Below are positions 26,968 through 36,388 of a stretch of 40,263 nt of DNA, in pieces. Position 1 is the first letter of the stretch. Each line of letters begins with the position of its first letter. A program made the position numbers and the translations under genes. The notes under the pieces are model-generated. The model did not search any database and was not told the DNA's origin. It saw only the letters and a list, made by a program, of their open reading frames with translations. Origin of the DNA: Candidatus Woesearchaeota archaeon (lineage in GTDB: Archaea > Nanobdellota > Nanobdellia > SCGC-AAA011-G17 > JAGVXY01); contig JAGVXY010000014.1 of assembly GCA_018303545.1 (NCBI GenBank), forward strand, positions 1-40,263, written 5' to 3'.

Positions 26968-28049
26968 AAGCAATAGGAATTACGGTATTTGGAATGGAAG
27001 ATATTGCCATACAAGAGATGAAAGATTTTGGTTTTAGGGCTGAAAAAATTTCAGGGGGAAGAATTGAAATTGAAGTAAAAAAAGTTGAAGAAATCTATGC
27101 TATAGCTTATAGGACAAGGGGATTACATCTCATATATCAGTTTTTAGATAAAGTTAATTTTTCTTCATTGGATGAACTTAAAATTTGTGCTGAAAATATT
27201 GATATTTCTATAGTGGGTAAATTTAAGGTTCAATGCCACCGCACAGGAAAGCATGAATTTAATTCTATGGAAGTTGAAAAGATTATTGGAGAGGCATTTT
27301 ATGAAAAAGGGCATAAGGTTGATTTGAAGAATCCAGAAACAATTGTTTTTGCTGATATAATTGAAGGAATGTGCTTTTTTGGTATAGCCGTTACAGATTT
27401 TACACTAAGCAAGAGAGATTACAGAATAAAATCTGTGCAAGAGGGGATAAATGCGGCATTAGCATATTGTGTGGTGCGGGAAAATTGGAATAAAAAAGAA
27501 ATTCTTTTAGATCCCTTCTGTAAGGACGGGGTGGTAATAATCGAAGCGGCTTCTTATGCACTTAATTTACCTTCGGGATATTTCAGAAAAAGAGATTTTA
27601 AATTATTCAAAACATTTGATTTTAGCAAAATTGATGCTAAAATTGAAAATAAAAAATTAAATGTTTTTGGCTGCGATCCTTTGCTCCATAACGTCAGAGA
27701 CTGCGAAATACATTCGAAACTTGCAAATGTGAATAAAAATATGGAATTTTCTAGAGTGGATACTGAATGGCTTGATACAAAATATAAAGAAAAATCTGTT
27801 GATAAAGTAATAACTGTTCCCCCATATATGATAAAGAAGATAGGTGAAAGAGGATTATCTAAAATATATGATGAATTCTTTTTTCAACTTGAATTCATTT
27901 TAAAAGATGATGGAAAAATTATTTTCATTGCTCATGGAAAAAGTTTGCTTGAAGAAGCAGCTAAAAAATACAAATTTACTATAAAAAACGAGAAAGAGGC
28001 AGCTATTGGGGAAACCATTTATAAAATATTGACTTTTGAAAAATGTTAG
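26964..28049 (+). CDS. THUMP-domain RNA methyltransferase (Trm14/TrmN-like), degenerate motifs
   Basis: GMEDIA..E, HEFNSMEVEK..G, VDLKNP, LSKRDYR; DPFCKDG and VPPY replace DPMCGSG and NPPY. Confidence 0.82.
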   Translation: MKAIGITVFGMEDIAIQEMKDFGFRAEKISGGRIEIEVKKVEEIYAIAYRTRGLHLIYQFLDKVNFSSLDELKICAENIDISIVGKFKVQCHRTGKHEFNSMEVEKIIGEAFYEKGHKVDLKNPETIVFADIIEGMCFFGIAVTDFTLSKRDYRIKSVQEGINAALAYCVVRENWNKKEILLDPFCKDGVVIIEAASYALNLPSGYFRKRDFKLFKTFDFSKIDAKIENKKLNVFGCDPLLHNVRDCEIHSKLANVNKNMEFSRVDTEWLDTKYKEKSVDKVITVPPYMIKKIGERGLSKIYDEFFFQLEFILKDDGKIIFIAHGKSLLEEAAKKYKFTIKNEKEAAIGETIYKILTFEKC

Positions 28050-28849
28050 TTGACGATATTATTAAAAAGAAAGAACTGAAAGATTTGAATAAAGAATTTG
28101 TTTCAAATGAATTGAGAGAATATCTGAAAAGAAATAAAATTGAAGAAATACCCAATGAGAAATCTGCAAAATATAAAAAAATAGTAAAAGATATAAGAAA
28201 AAAGTTCAGAGAGATATATGGGGTTTATAAAACAAGATATAGCGGAGATGTTGCAGAATTTATTTCTTCAATGCGAGATTTTAAAAGCTTTAAGGAGAAC
28301 TCTAATGAAATATTAAAAGCGCATACTTCAACATTAGAAAGAAGACCTTATTATGAAGAAATATACTCTAAACTTTTTGATGGCGAAACTTCTATTATTG
28401 ATTTGGGCTGCGGTTTGAATCCTTTTTCAATTCCTTGTATGCCTAGAATTAAAAAATATTTTGCAGCAGATTTCAATATCAGTGAAATACATCTATTAAA
28501 CGATTATTTTAAAATCGCTTCCAAGTATTACCCCGGTTTTGAAGGATTTGCAGAAGTAATTGACTTAAGGAAATTGGAGTTTAAGCTACCGCATATGGAA
28601 ATGTGCTTTTTGTTTAAGATATTGGATGTAATTGAGAAAAAAGGGCACAAACATGCTGAAAGACTTATTGAAAAAATTCCAGCCAATAAAATCATCGTAA
28701 GTTTTCCAACAAAAACACTTTCACAGAAGAAAATGAATTATCCAAGAAGAAAATGGATTGAACTTATGGCCCAGAGATTAGGATATAAAATGGAGTCTTT
28801 TGAAGCCAAAAATGAAATATTCTATACCCTTAAAAAGCCCGAATTTTGA
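28043..28849 (+). CDS. ArmA/Rmt/FmrO-family 16S rRNA m7G1405 methyltransferase homolog
   Basis: HTSTLER, DLGCGLNPF, FLFKILDVIE, VSFPTKTL match family signature blocks. Confidence 0.85.
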   Translation: MLVDDIIKKKELKDLNKEFVSNELREYLKRNKIEEIPNEKSAKYKKIVKDIRKKFREIYGVYKTRYSGDVAEFISSMRDFKSFKENSNEILKAHTSTLERRPYYEEIYSKLFDGETSIIDLGCGLNPFSIPCMPRIKKYFAADFNISEIHLLNDYFKIASKYYPGFEGFAEVIDLRKLEFKLPHMEMCFLFKILDVIEKKGHKHAERLIEKIPANKIIVSFPTKTLSQKKMNYPRRKWIELMAQRLGYKMESFEAKNEIFYTLKKPEF

Positions 28850-28870
28850 GGATACAGCCTTTAAAATTGA

Positions 28871-28952
28871 GAAAACTTTATAAATGATTAATCCTGTAAT
28901 TATACTGAAATCGGCAGAGATGCCCGTTTTATGACATTTAAACAAAGGGAGG
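28871..28952 (+). promoter_or_regulatory. BRE/TATA promoter and Shine-Dalgarno of the histone gene
   Basis: GAAAAC-TTTATAAA at 28871-28884; GGGAGG at 28947-28952. Confidence 0.65.
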
Positions 28953-28961
28953 AATGATACC

Positions 28962-29123
28962 ATGTTAGTAGTCAAAGCAAAAATAAAGGAATTTGTCGGG
29001 GACATGAATGTTGCTGGAGATTTTGCTGATAACTTAAGTAAAGAAGTTGAATATTTAATAAAGAAAGCAAAAGCAAGAGCACAAGCAAACGGCAGAAAAA
29101 CTGTCAGTTCAAAAGATCTTTAA
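28962..29123 (+). CDS. Short histone-fold protein (53 aa; DUF1931/Bd0055-like), absent from the ORF track
   Basis: Hand translation MLVVKAKIKEFVGDMNVAGDFADNLSKEVEYLIKKAKARAQANGRKTVSSKDL; RA..NGRKTV...DL signature; SD, TATA and T-rich 3' end. Confidence 0.9.
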   Translation: MLVVKAKIKEFVGDMNVAGDFADNLSKEVEYLIKKAKARAQANGRKTVSSKDL

Positions 29124-29124
29124 G

Positions 29125-29149
29125 CTTTTTTCTTATTTTTTCTTTTTTT
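29125..29149 (+). terminator. Oligo-T archaeal terminator
   Basis: Three T tracts immediately after the histone stop codon. Confidence 0.6.
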
Positions 29150-29190
29150 GATAAAATATATATACTCATTAGGATTCTTAATTTTAAGAG

Positions 29191-29583
29191 GTGAATTTCT
29201 TGAGCAAGAGAAAAGGTACTTATGCAGAAAGGGAACTTATACATATGTTCTTTGATAGTGGATGGGCCTGTTTAAGGGCTGCTGGTTCGGGATCAATACC
29301 TTTGCCCGTGCCTGATTTGATTGCCGGTAAGAATAATAAGAATTATGCGATTGAATGCAAATCTTTGAGGTCTTTAAGCCATCATTTTGATGCAAAAGAA
29401 ATTGAAGATTTAGAATTATTTTCTAAAATATTTGGTTCTATTGCTTTGATTGGAATGAGATTTGACCGCAAAGGATGGTTTTTTGTTGAGACAAAATATC
29501 TGAATAAAACTAAATCTGGAAACTATTCCTTAAACTTTGAATTTTGCGTTAAGAATGGCAAAAGATTCGAAGAGATAATATGA
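29191..29583 (+). CDS. hjc: Holliday junction resolvase Hjc
   Basis: KGTYAEREL, RAAGSG, PDLIAG, AIECKS. Confidence 0.93.
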   Translation: MNFLSKRKGTYAERELIHMFFDSGWACLRAAGSGSIPLPVPDLIAGKNNKNYAIECKSLRSLSHHFDAKEIEDLELFSKIFGSIALIGMRFDRKGWFFVETKYLNKTKSGNYSLNFEFCVKNGKRFEEII

Positions 29584-30440
29584 AAGAGGCAAAATTTTAC
29601 AAAAAACTGAAAAATAGAATAGTTCAATGCGAATTATGCCCTGTAAACTGTGTGATTAATGATGGACAAAGAGGTAATTGCCATGTGAGAAAGAATATTT
29701 CTGGGAAATTATATTCTATGGTTTATGGGAGGCCATCTGCTGTTGCTATTGACCCGATTGAAAAGAAACCCTTATTTCATTTTCTTCCTGAAACTAGGAC
29801 TTATTCAATAGGCACAGCCGGATGTAATTTTAACTGCATGTTCTGTCAAAATTATACCTTATCCCAATATAATGAAGAGGAGATTGGCTATAAAGAACTT
29901 AGCCCCGAAAGAGCAGTGGAGGAAGCTCAACGAAATAAATGCAAGTCAATATCTTACACTTATAATGAACCCACCATATTTTGGGAATATGTTTATGATA
30001 TAGCGAAGATTACCAAACGAAAGGGATTGAAGAATATTATGATTACCAATGGATACATTAATCTAGAACCTCTGAAGAAACTTTATCCTTTGATTGATGC
30101 AGTTAATGTGGATATGAAAGGTAATACTGAATTTTACAATAAACTCTGCCGGGGGGATATTGAGATTGTAAAAAGAAATTTGATTGAAATAAAGAAGATT
30201 GGATGCCACATTGAGATAACAAACCTATTAATACCTGGATATAATGACACAGACGAGGAAATAGAGGATATGGCTTCTTGGATTTTAGAAAATTTAGGCA
30301 AAGATACACCTCTGCACTTATCCAGATTCTTTCCCCTTTACAAGATGGCTGGATTGAAAGCAACACCTATTGCAACCTTAGAAAGAGCTAAAAAAATAGC
30401 CTTAAATTATTTAAATAAAGTTTATATTGGAAATATCTAA
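29580..30440 (+). CDS. amrS: AmmeMemoRadiSam system radical SAM enzyme (PflA-like)
   Basis: CELCP..C...G.C.VR, DPIEKKPLFHF, GCNFNCMFCQN, YTYNEP, PLHLSRFFP, VYIGN. Confidence 0.93.
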   Translation: MKEAKFYKKLKNRIVQCELCPVNCVINDGQRGNCHVRKNISGKLYSMVYGRPSAVAIDPIEKKPLFHFLPETRTYSIGTAGCNFNCMFCQNYTLSQYNEEEIGYKELSPERAVEEAQRNKCKSISYTYNEPTIFWEYVYDIAKITKRKGLKNIMITNGYINLEPLKKLYPLIDAVNVDMKGNTEFYNKLCRGDIEIVKRNLIEIKKIGCHIEITNLLIPGYNDTDEEIEDMASWILENLGKDTPLHLSRFFPLYKMAGLKATPIATLERAKKIALNYLNKVYIGNI

Positions 30441-30703
30441 TCAAATTCTTTGTAGAATTGCTTGTAGGCCTCAGCATTCTCTTTGTTGAATGAGGCATAA
30501 TAACTATTTAATCTATTGAATTCTTTTTTACCCAAATCCATTTGAGAATAATCTAATAATATATCTAAAAGGGTTTCTATTCTTTTTACGGATTTATCTT
30601 TATTAATAATAATTGAATCTATTTCAGAAATAATGAATGGAAGATTTTTTTCCATCTGTGCCTTTAATCTTTTTGAGATTAAAACAATGTCTTTTAGGCC
30701 CAT
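30437..30703 (-). CDS. Hypothetical small helical protein
   Basis: 88-aa ORF filling the gap, with a TATA-like element upstream. Confidence 0.6.
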   Translation of the reverse strand: MGLKDIVLISKRLKAQMEKNLPFIISEIDSIIINKDKSVKRIETLLDILLDYSQMDLGKKEFNRLNSYYASFNKENAEAYKQFYKEFD

Positions 30704-30790
30704 ATTACTGTTAAATAGAAGAACTATTTATGATTTTATCGCAAATTTTTCGGATTTTAATGAAGAAATAATATAAAGCTAGCTTTTGAT

Positions 30791-32059
30791 ATGAAATCGA
30801 TGTTAAAATATTTACCTATCTTATTTATATTTATGTCTTTAGCCAATGCGCAAGTGCAGCTTTCAGAGGTTTTGCCTGATCCGGCAGGAAGCGATACAGG
30901 CAATGAATGGATAGAGCTGTACAATTCCGAGAATATCCCCATTATTTTGGACAATTATTCATTAAGAGATGAGTCTACAAAAATTTTCAAATTAAACAAT
31001 ATGACTATTTTAAATCTAAGTTATCTTGTAGTATTTCCCACATTCACATTGAATAATGACGCAGATTCTGTTTTTCTTTATTATAATGGAACAATAATAG
31101 ATAGTATGACATATCCCCAATCTAAAGAAAATATTTCATTTTCATTTGTCAATGGAAACTGGACTGAAACTATACCTACACCGGGAACAGAAAATTATAT
31201 TGATTTAAATTGCGATTTTTCTGTAAAGATTATCGCTGAAGATATTCAGGGAGACTTTAGTTTTAAAATATATGTTGAAAGGATTAAAGGATTTAATGGT
31301 AATTTAAGTTTGTTTAGAATAGTACAAACACCTTATGGGGAAATAATAGAGAAATATAATCAATTAAATTTAACGGTTATAACTCATAAGACTATTGAAA
31401 ATTCACCTAGTCTTGAAAATGGCAAAGCCTATTTAATCAATGCTTCAATAATTACAGAATGCAATGATTCTAATCTGGAAAACAATAATGCAATTGAACT
31501 TGTATTCTTGAGGGGAGAGAATGAATTTTCATTGGATGTGCCTTATGCAAGAATTACTCAAGTATATGGAAAAAGATATGAATTTGGAGATACTCTTCGA
31601 GTGCGAGTTAGTATAAATAAAGGCACTTCAAATAAAAGGGCTATTACGCTTAGTGTGGAAAATTTAAGCGTAAAAAATTCTTTTCAAAGTTACACAAAAA
31701 GTCCGCAGGATTTTGAGATATATCTAAAACTGCCCGATGAATGCGAAAAGAAATCTAAAACTGGAAATTATACCCTGAGATTGGAAGCCTTTGGGGCGAT
31801 GGATAGAAGAATAATAGAAGTATTTTCCAATAAAACTTGTAATAGTGAACAAACAGAGAATATAGCCGTAAAATATGAATCGGGGCCTTGTGAGGTGAAT
31901 TTTACCGAAAACATTATAAATATTGGTATAAATTTCTCAACATTAGAAGTCATTTATGAATCAGCACAGGTAAAGGCTAAAAATATGGGCGTTTACGCGT
32001 TTAGTGGTCTTATTTTGATGCTGTTAACTGGATTAGTAATATGGAAGAAAAGCTTTTAG
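30791..32059 (+). CDS. Lamin-tail-domain surface protein with C-terminal TM anchor
   Basis: Signal peptide, LSEVLPDPAGSD..NEWIELYN, LNNDADSV, PTPGTEN. Confidence 0.85.
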   Translation: MKSMLKYLPILFIFMSLANAQVQLSEVLPDPAGSDTGNEWIELYNSENIPIILDNYSLRDESTKIFKLNNMTILNLSYLVVFPTFTLNNDADSVFLYYNGTIIDSMTYPQSKENISFSFVNGNWTETIPTPGTENYIDLNCDFSVKIIAEDIQGDFSFKIYVERIKGFNGNLSLFRIVQTPYGEIIEKYNQLNLTVITHKTIENSPSLENGKAYLINASIITECNDSNLENNNAIELVFLRGENEFSLDVPYARITQVYGKRYEFGDTLRVRVSINKGTSNKRAITLSVENLSVKNSFQSYTKSPQDFEIYLKLPDECEKKSKTGNYTLRLEAFGAMDRRIIEVFSNKTCNSEQTENIAVKYESGPCEVNFTENIINIGINFSTLEVIYESAQVKAKNMGVYAFSGLILMLLTGLVIWKKSF

Positions 32060-32457
32060 CAAGGATAATTATTGAAGTTTTAGGCGGGCCAAAGGAACAC
32101 CTAGAGACTGTTATAAAAAATGTTGTTGAAAGGTTAAAAAAAGAAAATGGTCTTAAGATCATTTCAGATAAAATATTCCCCATTGAACAGGTTGATAAAT
32201 TATTTACAACATTTGCCGAAATTGAATTTGAATCTGAAAATCCAAAAACCTTGATTAATATATGCTTTGATTATATGCCCTCTTCAATTGAAATTCTTTC
32301 ACCAAAGAATATAAAATTTGATGCCTTAGATTTTGTTGAATTCTTTAATGATCTTCTTGCGCGACTTCATAAAAGTGATATGGTTGTTAAAAATGTTAAT
32401 GCCCAGAATATAATGCTGAGAAAAGAACTATTGAAATTAAAAGAAGAGAAGGAATAA
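32041..32457 (+). CDS. Conserved hypothetical protein
   Basis: IIEVLGGPKEH, FTTFAEIE, FDYMPSSIEI blocks; overlaps the upstream gene. Confidence 0.7.
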   Translation: MEEKLLARIIIEVLGGPKEHLETVIKNVVERLKKENGLKIISDKIFPIEQVDKLFTTFAEIEFESENPKTLINICFDYMPSSIEILSPKNIKFDALDFVEFFNDLLARLHKSDMVVKNVNAQNIMLRKELLKLKEEKE

Positions 32458-32459
32458 AT

Positions 32460-35075
32460 CTATTTTTTTTGAATGGTTTTCTGAACTGGTTTCTGCTGAG
32501 GTTGGGATTTTGTTGCTTCCTTGAATGCATAATCGATTTGCTCATTCTTCCACTTTTTTGAGAGCAGGAGTTTACGGATATTAATCTCAGGAACCTTCTT
32601 TTCAATTTGCTTCTTAACATAAAGGGTTATTGATACTTCATCTTTTTTGTTGATAAATAATGATTTTGCAGCAAGGCCTTTTTTTGGCTTGGCGAATAGA
32701 TAAATATATAATATAATTCCGATAATAGAGGCAATGCCTACTATTGCGAGTATCCAAATCCACAGACTGTCGAAAATACCAGGGGTTTCAGGAACACAAT
32801 TTGCAGGACATCTTTTTACTCCATAAGGACTTTCACATGTTGCCAAATCACATAATGGCCATTGGTCCTGCTTATCATTTATACCATCTCTATCTGTATC
32901 TGGATTGCTTACATCCAACCCCTGCTTTAACTCATAATTATCACTTAATCCATCACCATCACTATCTGCTTCGCAATCATCCGGACAATTTGCAGAGTTC
33001 TCATTAGAATCACAAATGCCATTACCACAGACAGGCTTTGAACATACTGGGTCCATAAAACAGTTTGAATCTGCGCAGTCTATTTTGCAATTATTATCAT
33101 TATCAATGCCATCGGCGCATTCAATTTCAAAACTTTGAGTTATACAATTCCCTCCACAATCAATTCCTGTTTCGTCGCCATCTTTCTTTCCATTGCTGCA
33201 ATCAGCTTCAGGCGTACAGGATTGATTTGTTGCAGGTTTGCTAATGAGGGTACTACAGTTGTTTCTGTCTGTGCATGTTCTTGTTTGCTTGTTATTTATA
33301 CACGTACTCCAAGCAGTGCAATTCCAGTTTTCTGTGCAGGCAGATTCTATTGTGAGATATGTACTATCTGCTGAAATGTTGAGTGAGGAATTAAACTTAT
33401 AAATAGCAGAATAAAAGTATTTGAAACTAGTTTTATCTTCTTCAGGCACTTCGATTTTCCATGATAGACTATACCTCTCTTCTGTTTCTATTTCTGTATA
33501 ATCAATGTCTACATCATCTATCCTAAATGTCCCTGTACTATTCTTTTTATGGAGCACAAAAAATATCTCTTCGCCTTCTCCACAGTTGCTTTTTCCAGTA
33601 AGATTAATTCTTGCATTTTCATAAGAAGTTGATTGCGACCATTTGGCGTCAGTAATTTCACATATTTTGCAAGTTTTGTCCTTGCACCCATAACCAATAT
33701 CACAATCAAAATTACTTAAGCAACCAACGCATGTGTTTGTGGATAAATCACAAAAAGGAGTTGTACCCGAGCAGCTTGAATTTAAACTGCAAGCCATAGA
33801 ATTTTTACAGACTCCATTTTCAATTACACTTGATGGAGAATTACAGCATAACTTTATCGAACCAGATGTCTTTACATATTCATTTGCATCATCACCACAG
33901 CATTCAGTTACATTTGCACTGTCATATTCTCCTATGTTTGAAAATCCGGCGGAAATCCATTCATAGCTACTTGCCCAAGAAGGTTCGGACTGAATATTCG
34001 AGCAACCGCTTGTTCCTGTGCAGGTTTTGCTTGTCGAATCTCTTTCAATCCATTTTCCCGAAATACATATTACTTCTTCGCCGTTTAGTTTAGTAAAATT
34101 TAAATTGGGATAGCATTGCCCATTATATACACAGCTATTTTGATTTGAACAGCATGCGCTGTCTGCATTTGTGCTTAAAAATGAAGGATAATCATTTGCG
34201 CTGCAATCAACTCCTGGCTGAGACCAAACTGAAGGGCATTGCTGCTCATTATAATAGCTTTGATAGCAACCTGTTGCCCTAGTGATATTTGACATACCTG
34301 GTGCGCAGCTACTTGGAGGAGCTGTAATGGAACATAATTTAACTATGGCATTACGTGTTTCATAATTTGAAATGCCACTTTTAACTTGAGAAAGATAATT
34401 GGTGCTACATTCTTCAGGGGTCTGTAGCCTGCCTCCATGGGCCATTCCTGCTGTACAATCTTCGATGGTGGAAGTGCAACTGCTTGATTTGACTACTAAT
34501 GTGGCTGCATCTGTACCGTCTCTTACGCATAGCTGAACCGATTCAACTCCTTTTAGTTCTATGCTTGCTGCCTTGATAGGGGTTTTATAAGCTAAAACTT
34601 GGGCGTATGCTATTGCCGGACAATTTGCTTTGCTTGAACAAGGACCGACTATAAACCACCCTTTCTGGGAATAACCAAAAGGGCAGACAAATTCTGCAGT
34701 CCATGCATCATTGCCACCAGTTACAGCAGTTGAGGTTTTATATGCAACTAAAACCGCCTTAGACTCTTTTGAACATAATCTCATCCATTCATTGGAAGCA
34801 ATTTCTTGCAAATCCCATGTTTTGCCCTTTGATCCAGCAAAATTGATATTCGGCTGAAATGATCCGCTCGCATCGTAACCTTGAGGACAAGCCATATTTG
34901 CATTTGTCCCTTTTATAAATATTACATCAGGCATAACAGGTGGAATTAATTCTCTATCTGCACCAATAATGGAAACTTCCCTTGTAAGATAATAATAGGT
35001 TATTGCACTAAGACTTAAGAGAATTAATGCAATTAGAACTATATTAACCCAATTCACCCTCTTTTTCTTAGCCAT
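32460..35075 (-). CDS. Large Cys-rich membrane protein with Ca-binding-like DxDxDG motifs
   Basis: N-terminal TM; CTENWNCTAWSTC; ETGIDCGG; CGNGICD..EN...CPDDC; DSDGDGLSD..E...DTDRDG; C-terminal TM and helical tail. Confidence 0.8.
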   Translation of the reverse strand: MAKKKRVNWVNIVLIALILLSLSAITYYYLTREVSIIGADRELIPPVMPDVIFIKGTNANMACPQGYDASGSFQPNINFAGSKGKTWDLQEIASNEWMRLCSKESKAVLVAYKTSTAVTGGNDAWTAEFVCPFGYSQKGWFIVGPCSSKANCPAIAYAQVLAYKTPIKAASIELKGVESVQLCVRDGTDAATLVVKSSSCTSTIEDCTAGMAHGGRLQTPEECSTNYLSQVKSGISNYETRNAIVKLCSITAPPSSCAPGMSNITRATGCYQSYYNEQQCPSVWSQPGVDCSANDYPSFLSTNADSACCSNQNSCVYNGQCYPNLNFTKLNGEEVICISGKWIERDSTSKTCTGTSGCSNIQSEPSWASSYEWISAGFSNIGEYDSANVTECCGDDANEYVKTSGSIKLCCNSPSSVIENGVCKNSMACSLNSSCSGTTPFCDLSTNTCVGCLSNFDCDIGYGCKDKTCKICEITDAKWSQSTSYENARINLTGKSNCGEGEEIFFVLHKKNSTGTFRIDDVDIDYTEIETEERYSLSWKIEVPEEDKTSFKYFYSAIYKFNSSLNISADSTYLTIESACTENWNCTAWSTCINNKQTRTCTDRNNCSTLISKPATNQSCTPEADCSNGKKDGDETGIDCGGNCITQSFEIECADGIDNDNNCKIDCADSNCFMDPVCSKPVCGNGICDSNENSANCPDDCEADSDGDGLSDNYELKQGLDVSNPDTDRDGINDKQDQWPLCDLATCESPYGVKRCPANCVPETPGIFDSLWIWILAIVGIASIIGIILYIYLFAKPKKGLAAKSLFINKKDEVSITLYVKKQIEKKVPEINIRKLLLSKKWKNEQIDYAFKEATKSQPQQKPVQKTIQKK

Positions 35076-35116
35076 CGATTGTTAAAGGTTTTATTAAATT
35101 TATAAATTTTGCCATT

Positions 35117-36388
35117 CTAGAGCCTTTTAAACTTGTCTTCTAGCTTTGAAACCTTGATAGTTGTTTTTTTCATCGAACCTAAGAAATAGAGAAGAGCTAC
35201 GACAAGAATGACAATTATTACAGAAAGTATTATTCCTGCATTCAACACATTTTTATTTTTTGAGTCAAATAAGCCGGAATATTTAGATTTATTTAATTCT
35301 TCTTGATAGGATTTATTTTCTTCAGGCAACAATATTGGAATTTCTTTTTGCTCTGATTCAATTATTATTTCAATCGGAAATAATTTCTGTGAATCTAAGT
35401 ATTCAATGACTAAGTAACCCCTGTAAATGCCTTCTTTTGCATTTTGATTATCATTGGCTAGAAGGGTTATGTTTTCTTCAGCACCTTTAGGAAACTCGAT
35501 TATTGATTTTTTATCTAAAACCATTATTTCATTCAGATTTCCAGTGAGAAAAATCTCTATATTAAAATAACTTTTTTTATCTGTGTTTTTTATTACTATT
35601 GTTCCCTTTGCAGACTGGTTATTCCCCAAGGAAACTTGTATTTCCTTATGATAAAGGAATATAATGCCTTCGGTTTTATTTTCTACAGATGTATTTGTTT
35701 CATTAATTTCGGTTGTAATATTGACCGTTTCATTTATTGTATGATTTTCTATTGAGGAGGTAAAATAATAAAGCGGAACGATGTATTCATGTTCATTGTA
35801 TTTTATTGTTAAGTTGGATAGTTTTGGATCATTTATATAATTAATAAAAAAGTTCCTGTCTTCAGCTGAATTTAATTCTAATGTATTTCTAATTGTTGAA
35901 AGAAAATCCGGAAGATAAAGGATTGCAGATATTTTTTCAACCGCATTGTTTTTTACATTTACTGTGAATGCCTTTGATGTTTGGAGAAAATAGGGAGTTA
36001 TTTTTAACGAAGGCTTTTTTTCCACCGTAAATTCTTTTAAGAAGGTTTTCTCTACCAGCTGATTATTTTGATTAAATTTTAGTTTTTCTATAATTAGGGT
36101 AAAATTACCTTCTAAATCTAGAGGCAATTGGGAATAAACAAAGGTTAATGGGCCCAAATCCTTGTATAAAAATCCAATGGGGATGTAATTTCCATTATTC
36201 TTTAGTTTAACATTTGATGGAGAAAATGGAGTTACCGGCTGTTCTAAAAATCTTAATTCTATCTGGATGTTTTCTCCAGAATAATATTTTTCATTTACTA
36301 ATGTAATGTTAAGTTCATTAGCGGCAACTAAAGAAGTGGAGATTAACAACAAAGATAATAAAAAATAAATAAATTTTAAAAACTTCAT
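35117..36388 (-). CDS. Exported, probably N-glycosylated protein with C-terminal TM anchor
   Basis: Signal peptide, many N-x-S/T sequons, C-terminal TM; ATGA overlap with the upstream gene. Confidence 0.75.
   Translation of the reverse strand: MKFLKFIYFLLSLLLISTSLVAANELNITLVNEKYYSGENIQIELRFLEQPVTPFSPSNVKLKNNGNYIPIGFLYKDLGPLTFVYSQLPLDLEGNFTLIIEKLKFNQNNQLVEKTFLKEFTVEKKPSLKITPYFLQTSKAFTVNVKNNAVEKISAILYLPDFLSTIRNTLELNSAEDRNFFINYINDPKLSNLTIKYNEHEYIVPLYYFTSSIENHTINETVNITTEINETNTSVENKTEGIIFLYHKEIQVSLGNNQSAKGTIVIKNTDKKSYFNIEIFLTGNLNEIMVLDKKSIIEFPKGAEENITLLANDNQNAKEGIYRGYLVIEYLDSQKLFPIEIIIESEQKEIPILLPEENKSYQEELNKSKYSGLFDSKNKNVLNAGIILSVIIVILVVALLYFLGSMKKTTIKVSKLEDKFKRL

Noticed and set aside
28778-29005. 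75-aa minus-strand ORF
   Set aside because: Better explained by the plus-strand histone gene and its promoter
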